Shown here: positions 59,559 to 64,000 of the stretch, one piece after another
Position numbering within the stretch: the first letter of the stretch is position 1
How the letters are laid out: every line of letters begins with the position of its first letter
Origin: Rhodothermales bacterium
Lineage (GTDB): Bacteria > Bacteroidota > Rhodothermia > Rhodothermales > Bin80
Direction: 5' to 3'
DNA length: 64,000 bases
NCBI GenBank assembly: GCA_965216255.1
Contig: OZ244148.1
Location: 4,907,962-4,971,961 of the forward strand
Program-made: the position numbers and the translations under genes
Notes under the pieces: model-generated
Databases searched by the model: none
The model's input: only the letters and a program-made list of their open reading frames with translations
Told to the model about the DNA's origin: nothing

Positions 59559-60058
59559 CAGATCTCTCCCATCCGGGATCTCTCCATGAGTGCCAGTAAC
59601 GCCTTGACGTCGAACACGTTCTGTTCGGGGATGTGAACCGTGACGGTCTGCTGTCCGGTGACTTCGTCGTGTCCTTGCTGCAGGCTCAGCCAGTAGGCTC
59701 GACGCCGCAGGACGAGATCCTCCGGGGTCACGGCCACCCATCGCGATTCGTCGGTCGGCAACTCCAGGACGACGAGCAGCCGCGGCGTCTGGGTGAGGAC
59801 GCGCAAGTCGTTGTAGTTCTTGATGGACAAGCGAAACGGCAACAAGCCACCTTGTGGTTCGGCGAAACCGGTCGTGGCCTTCAGTTGCAGGTCAAGGGCC
59901 GGGCGCCCCGCCCCGCCCGCCTGCATTCGCAAATCGACGCTATCCCGGTCTGGCTCCGGCACCGAAGTCGAGTAACCGGCACGTGCCGCCAACGCCTTGA
60001 CATACACGCGAGACAACGCCTCCTTTTGGTCGGCTCCGGTCAGCAGAGTACCGGTCAT
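59558..60058 (-). CDS. DUF4365-like (PD-(D/E)xK restriction-endonuclease-fold) protein
   Basis: 166 aa. Pattern ...EALSRVYVKALAARAGYS...DRDSVDLRMQ...ALDLQLKATT...LLVVLELP...AYWLSL resembles DUF4365 (D..D...Q-x-K core). Its ATG overlaps the hsdS stop (ATGA at 60055-60058). Confidence 0.6.
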   Translation of the reverse strand: MTGTLLTGADQKEALSRVYVKALAARAGYSTSVPEPDRDSVDLRMQAGGAGRPALDLQLKATTGFAEPQGGLLPFRLSIKNYNDLRVLTQTPRLLVVLELPTDESRWVAVTPEDLVLRRRAYWLSLQQGHDEVTGQQTVTVHIPEQNVFDVKALLALMERSRMGEI

Positions 60059-61668
60059 GTCCTTGCCCCAACGAGCTTTTCCGCCTCTGCCACGCGGATC
60101 TCTCCCGAAATGAGCTTGGAGAGTAGGGTGTCACGGAGGGAGGTGAGGGTCGCAGCTTCCCTCATGTTCGCGACAAGTCGATTGTACGAAGGGCGGCTGA
60201 GACGCTCGTACATCCCTAGGATTCCTTCCGAGGGCACGAGTACAGGTACCGGCCGGAACGCCTTCTTACTGATCTCCGCGAACGTAGATCCACCTGCGAT
60301 GGCCCTGATGTAGCCGAGGTTTTCGTAGCACCAGAACAGCACGTACAGATTAGGTAGGCGTTGCTCGCACTTCATCGCGATGAACCCTTGGTTGACGGCA
60401 GTCGGCACTTCAGCGATGGCCAGACAGCCTATAGGAGCACGTGACGACAACAGTACTGTGCCGACGGGAAGCGTCCCAGAGCTGATCCTCTGCAGTCCAG
60501 CGTCCGTGATCTTCCGAGTCGTTTCGAGCAACACCGGAGACCAGAGCTTCGCGAGGTCTTTGGGTGTCGCCCAATAGCGCTGACCCCGATGCCAGTAGGA
60601 GCGTTCTTTCGTACTGGGAGTCGACCCGCCGACGGCATTGATCTCTTTGCCGATCTCCGATACCGTCCAATCCTGCGGAATCTCTCCCACCTCGGAATCC
60701 ACGAGGCGGCCGGGGAACAGGTCGGTGATGTCTTGCGGCAAGCCCGTGTCCCGACATTCCATCTTCGCACGGACCGGATCGAAATCGACGAACCAGGACT
60801 TGAACAGCGCTCGCGACATCGCCTCCAGCGTTTCATTCATCCGCCGGTTCAGCTTGATCTTGTCGTCCAACGTGCCGAGGATATAGGCGATGGCGCGTTG
60901 TTCGGGCGGGGCGGGGACTGCTACGGCTATTGAAGAAAGAATAGTTTGATTCAGCAAGGGCTGGCCACAGCCTGCCATCCATTGATTTAGCCCCAATGTT
61001 TGGAGCAGATAAAACAAGAATTCTGCATCGTTCTCGTCAATAGCGCGTGCCCGAATGGCGTTGTCTGTCACCCAGCATGAACTATCGCTGTAGTGAAGTG
61101 AACCGCAATAAGTCCCTACTCGCCCAATGATTATTGTATTCCGGTCGACGTTCGTCTCTTCCGGCAATCCAATAACTCCGTTGGAGCCGTAGACGCGGAA
61201 GGGAAATCCATCAGATCGCACAGGACTCGCCTTGCCGTTAGAAAACGATAGCAACCTTCCAAGTGTGGTGTCGGTCCACTTACCCTCCACCCCCGAGCTC
61301 GTCAAGACCGGCAATGATCGCCGCACTAAACCAGTCGACTCCAGAATCTCGGACGGAACCTGCACGGTCACTGCGTCCTGGCGGATAATGGTGCGGAACC
61401 TGTCGTCGATCCTCGACCAATCGACGAGGTCCACTTTGAATGGCAGATCAGACTCGTCAAGGGCTTCGGACAAGGCCGAGGCTGCGTGCAGTGTCAGCGG
61501 CTCCTTGCCCATGATGGCGAGATCGAGATCCGAGTAGTCCTTTGCAGTCCACGTCGCGCGCGATCCGAAGACGAGCACCTCGCGATCTGGCACGTGTCGT
61601 CGGAGAGCGCTACGGACGATAGCCCAATGATCGGGTCGAAGGTCGACGTTGGGGACGGGCATCCTCAT
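60055..61668 (-). CDS. hsdS: Minimal nucleotidyltransferase (MNT antitoxin-like) domain fused in frame to type I R-M specificity subunit HsdS
   Basis: The N-terminal 105 aa or so contain VLVFGSRATWTAKDYSDLDLAIMG and FKVDLVDWSRID (the GS...DxD nucleotidyltransferase fold). The same frame then runs without a stop into a two-TRD HsdS, with the central conserved region EQRAIAYILGTLDDKIKLNRRMNETLEAMSRALFKSWFVDFDPV and the C-terminal LTSLRDTLLSKLISGEIRV. Confidence 0.8.
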   Translation of the reverse strand: MRMPVPNVDLRPDHWAIVRSALRRHVPDREVLVFGSRATWTAKDYSDLDLAIMGKEPLTLHAASALSEALDESDLPFKVDLVDWSRIDDRFRTIIRQDAVTVQVPSEILESTGLVRRSLPVLTSSGVEGKWTDTTLGRLLSFSNGKASPVRSDGFPFRVYGSNGVIGLPEETNVDRNTIIIGRVGTYCGSLHYSDSSCWVTDNAIRARAIDENDAEFLFYLLQTLGLNQWMAGCGQPLLNQTILSSIAVAVPAPPEQRAIAYILGTLDDKIKLNRRMNETLEAMSRALFKSWFVDFDPVRAKMECRDTGLPQDITDLFPGRLVDSEVGEIPQDWTVSEIGKEINAVGGSTPSTKERSYWHRGQRYWATPKDLAKLWSPVLLETTRKITDAGLQRISSGTLPVGTVLLSSRAPIGCLAIAEVPTAVNQGFIAMKCEQRLPNLYVLFWCYENLGYIRAIAGGSTFAEISKKAFRPVPVLVPSEGILGMYERLSRPSYNRLVANMREAATLTSLRDTLLSKLISGEIRVAEAEKLVGART

Positions 61669-62078
61669 GCCAGACGGTCCCGCAATCGATCCCGCAGATA
61701 GGTCATCTCGTCGAGGAACTCTGGAATGTAGGCGACCACGTCGGCCGCGATGGCCTCGCTATACGTGTGACTTGTCATGCCGCGCATCCTTCGATAGCCG
61801 CGCCACTCAGGCCACGCTCCAAGTAGTAACCCCTGCTCGTTCGCCGTGCGGATTTGGTTTTGGAATGTCATCTCATCGAACAGAGCCGGATTGGGTGCCG
61901 TATACTCCAGGTAGCGTCTCATAGTCTTGTAGCCGAGTTCGTACGTGAACTCGAAGCGTTGAATCAGGCCGTCACGAATCTGCAGATCGTTAGTGTCACT
62001 GTGATATCGCTTTAGTCCTTCTTCCAAGCGTTGGATCGCTCGTTCGAGGGGCTTGATGTCGGGCTTATCGTCGTACAT
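61665..62078 (-). CDS. HEPN-domain protein, HI0074 family (nucleotidyltransferase substrate-binding protein; HEPN toxin of HEPN/MNT modules)
   Basis: 137 aa with LIQRFEFTYELGYKTMRRYL and the Rx4-6H motif RRMRGMTSHTY. Its stop overlaps the MNT-hsdS ATG (ATGA). Confidence 0.85.
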   Translation of the reverse strand: MYDDKPDIKPLERAIQRLEEGLKRYHSDTNDLQIRDGLIQRFEFTYELGYKTMRRYLEYTAPNPALFDEMTFQNQIRTANEQGLLLGAWPEWRGYRRMRGMTSHTYSEAIAADVVAYIPEFLDEMTYLRDRLRDRLA

Positions 62079-62092
62079 GGTAATATCGTCTC

Positions 62093-63637
62093 TCAGAATC
62101 CCAGCGCTTCCAGATTCCCGGCAATCGTGGCATCGAGCCGAGTGCCTTCGGTTTGCTGCTCACGAAGCTCGGCCACCAGCCGCTTCATCTTGTCCTCAAA
62201 CGGCTCGCCGTCATTCTCTTGAGGTTCCACCCCGACATAGCGTCCCGGTGTAAGCACGTAGCTGTGCCTGCGCACTACGTCCATCGAGGCACTCTTGCAG
62301 AAGCCGGGAACATCGGCGTAACCATCCTCCACCTCTCCCGTCCGCCAAGCGTGGTAGGTGTCTGCAACCCGGGCAATGTCCTCGTCGGTCAGCTCACGGT
62401 GCGCTCGGTCCACCATCCGGCCGAGCTTCCTTGCGTCAATGAACAGGATCTCGCCCTGTCGCTTGCGTCGGCGCGCCAAGAACCACAGGCAGGCGGGAAT
62501 TTGGGTCGAGTAGAAGAGTTGGCCCGGTAGCGCAACCATGCAGTCCACCAGATCCGTCTCGATCAGGTTTTTCCGGATTTTGCCCTCGCCGGACTGATTC
62601 GACGACATCGACCCGTTGGCGAGCACGAACCCCGCAACGCCCTTCGGTGCAAGGTGATGGACCATGTGCTGCACCCAGGCGAAGTTGGCATTGCGCTTCG
62701 GCGGGATGCCGTAGCGCCAGCGCTTGTCATCGACCAGCCGCTCGCCTCCCCAATCCGAGACGTTGAAGGGGGGATTGGCGAGGATGAAATCGGCCTTCAG
62801 ATCCGGATGGTGGTCGTTGTGGAAGCTATCACCGTGGGCGATCTGCCCCCCGATCCCTCGTATGGCCAGGTTCATCTTCGCGAGCCGCCACGTTGTGTAG
62901 TTCGACTCCTGGCCGTAGATCGAGATGTCGCCGTGCGCCTTGCCGCCGTTGGCGTGGGCACGAATGAACGCGATCGACTGCACGAACATGCCCGAGGATC
63001 CGCAGCAGGGATCATAGACCCGCCCCCGGTAGGGCTCCAGTATATCGACCAGCAGCTTGACGACGCAGCGCGGGGTGTAGAACTCGCCGCCCCTCTTGCC
63101 CTCGGCGCTGGCGAACTGTGAGAGGAAGTACTCGTAGACGCGGCCGAGCACGTCTCGGGAGCGGGCTTCAGCGTCCCCGACGCAGATGTTTCCAACCATG
63201 TCGATCAACTGGCCGAGACGCTGCTTGTCCAGGGCAGGCCGCGCGTAGTCCTTGGGCAGCACCTCCTTCAACCCTGGATTGTCGCGTTCGATCAAGGCCA
63301 TGGCCCGATCGACGATCTGGCCAATGGTCGACTGCCGTGCCTGGGCCTTCAGGTGCAGCCAGCGGGCCTTTGGCGGCACCCAGAATATGTTCTCCGCGAT
63401 GTATTCATCGCGGTCCTCTGCCGCATCTTCTCCCCACTCGGCCAGCACCGCTGTGTGACGCTCCTCGAAGGCGTCAGAGATGTACTTCAGGAAGATGAGG
63501 CCGAGCACGACGTGCTTGTACTCGGCAGCATCCATCGAGCCACGGAGCGCATCGGCCATTGCCCACAGCTCGGCCTCGTAGCCTGTCGTTGCGCCGCTAT
63601 CGGTTTGCCTGCTTGCCATCTTCGTCGCTGTCTTCAT
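62093..63637 (-). CDS. hsdM: Type I R-M DNA methyltransferase subunit (N6-adenine)
   Basis: N-terminal HsdM domain ([36 protein letters not shown]), AdoMet motif [12 protein letters not shown] and catalytic [12 protein letters not shown]. The start is uncertain (63637, 63619 or 63682). Confidence 0.9.
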   Translation of the reverse strand: MKTATKMASRQTDSGATTGYEAELWAMADALRGSMDAAEYKHVVLGLIFLKYISDAFEERHTAVLAEWGEDAAEDRDEYIAENIFWVPPKARWLHLKAQARQSTIGQIVDRAMALIERDNPGLKEVLPKDYARPALDKQRLGQLIDMVGNICVGDAEARSRDVLGRVYEYFLSQFASAEGKRGGEFYTPRCVVKLLVDILEPYRGRVYDPCCGSSGMFVQSIAFIRAHANGGKAHGDISIYGQESNYTTWRLAKMNLAIRGIGGQIAHGDSFHNDHHPDLKADFILANPPFNVSDWGGERLVDDKRWRYGIPPKRNANFAWVQHMVHHLAPKGVAGFVLANGSMSSNQSGEGKIRKNLIETDLVDCMVALPGQLFYSTQIPACLWFLARRRKRQGEILFIDARKLGRMVDRAHRELTDEDIARVADTYHAWRTGEVEDGYADVPGFCKSASMDVVRRHSYVLTPGRYVGVEPQENDGEPFEDKMKRLVAELREQQTEGTRLDATIAGNLEALGF

Positions 63638-64000
63638 TCCCCCATTGCCCTGGACGAACTCCAAGTGCCGAATCACAGCCAAAATACGACATGTGTCGTG
63701 CCGCCGTACACCTCGTCGAGGCAGGTCGCCATCTCGGATAGAGCCCCCTTGGTTCGCAGCGAATGGCCAAGGGCCAAGCCTGAATTACCGTTTTGGCCTA
63801 GGAAGGTTACACAAATAACGAGATATCTCGGTTTGGAGGCCCTAAGTACAATGTTTTTTTGGCTCGTACTGTCAGTAGTACGGTGGACTCATAGATACAG
63901 TACCACAGTAATGGGTAACCACCTGCTCACTCTGTCCGCATTGATCCGCCAGGATCGTTTGCCCGTGCTGTGCTCCGAAATCGACTTGTAACCTGATTCG

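Noticed and set aside
63683-64000. Region upstream of hsdM, including a small hairpin (CGTACT-GTCAGT-AGTACG at 63865-63882) and a 19-codon minus-strand ORF; examined for a tRNA or an integration site.
   Set aside because: No cloverleaf-compatible sequence or att-like repeat was found. The hairpin is only 6 bp, which is not enough evidence for any feature.

Overview
This is a 64-kb window of a high-GC bacterial chromosome. The gene content (BamB-like lipoprotein, PD40/TolB-type outer-membrane protein, LuxE/LuxC-like pair, SNF transporter) looks Bacteroidota/Rhodothermota-like, but that taxonomic guess is inference only.

Layout:
(1) 1-19.9 kb: a co-directional (+) block of intact housekeeping genes. 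It holds penicillin-acylase family, SNF transporter, redoxin, LuxE/LuxC-like pair, adk, polyprenyl synthase, ptsH-ptsI, PGI/PMI, a protease/PD40/beta-barrel OMP, a BamB-like lipoprotein, cvpA and sbcC.
(2) 20.0-28.6 kb: a nest of insertion-sequence relics. These are a TnpB (IS605-type) pseudogene, an IS630 element whose transposase gene is split by a 679-nt ORF-less group II intron, two diverged IS5/IS1182-like copies and an IS1634-like element. Every transposase frame is interrupted.
(3) 29.2-54.4 kb: one giant Calx-beta tandem-repeat locus of about 25.2 kb (about 8,400 codons). It ends in an autotransporter-like beta-barrel and is split into two ORFs by a roughly 190-nt scrambled repeat junction.
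(4) 54.5-56.9 kb: a decayed IS66 element.
(5) 56.9-63.7 kb, minus strand: a tightly coupled type I R-M operon, hsdM - HEPN toxin - MNT::hsdS fusion - DUF4365-like nuclease - orphan 379-aa protein - hsdR. The hsdR gene carries an in-frame stop and is truncated by the IS66.

The cassettes nested in the R-M operon, the ORF-less intron and the Calx-beta autotransporter are the most interesting items. No rRNA, tRNA or CRISPR array was recognised.
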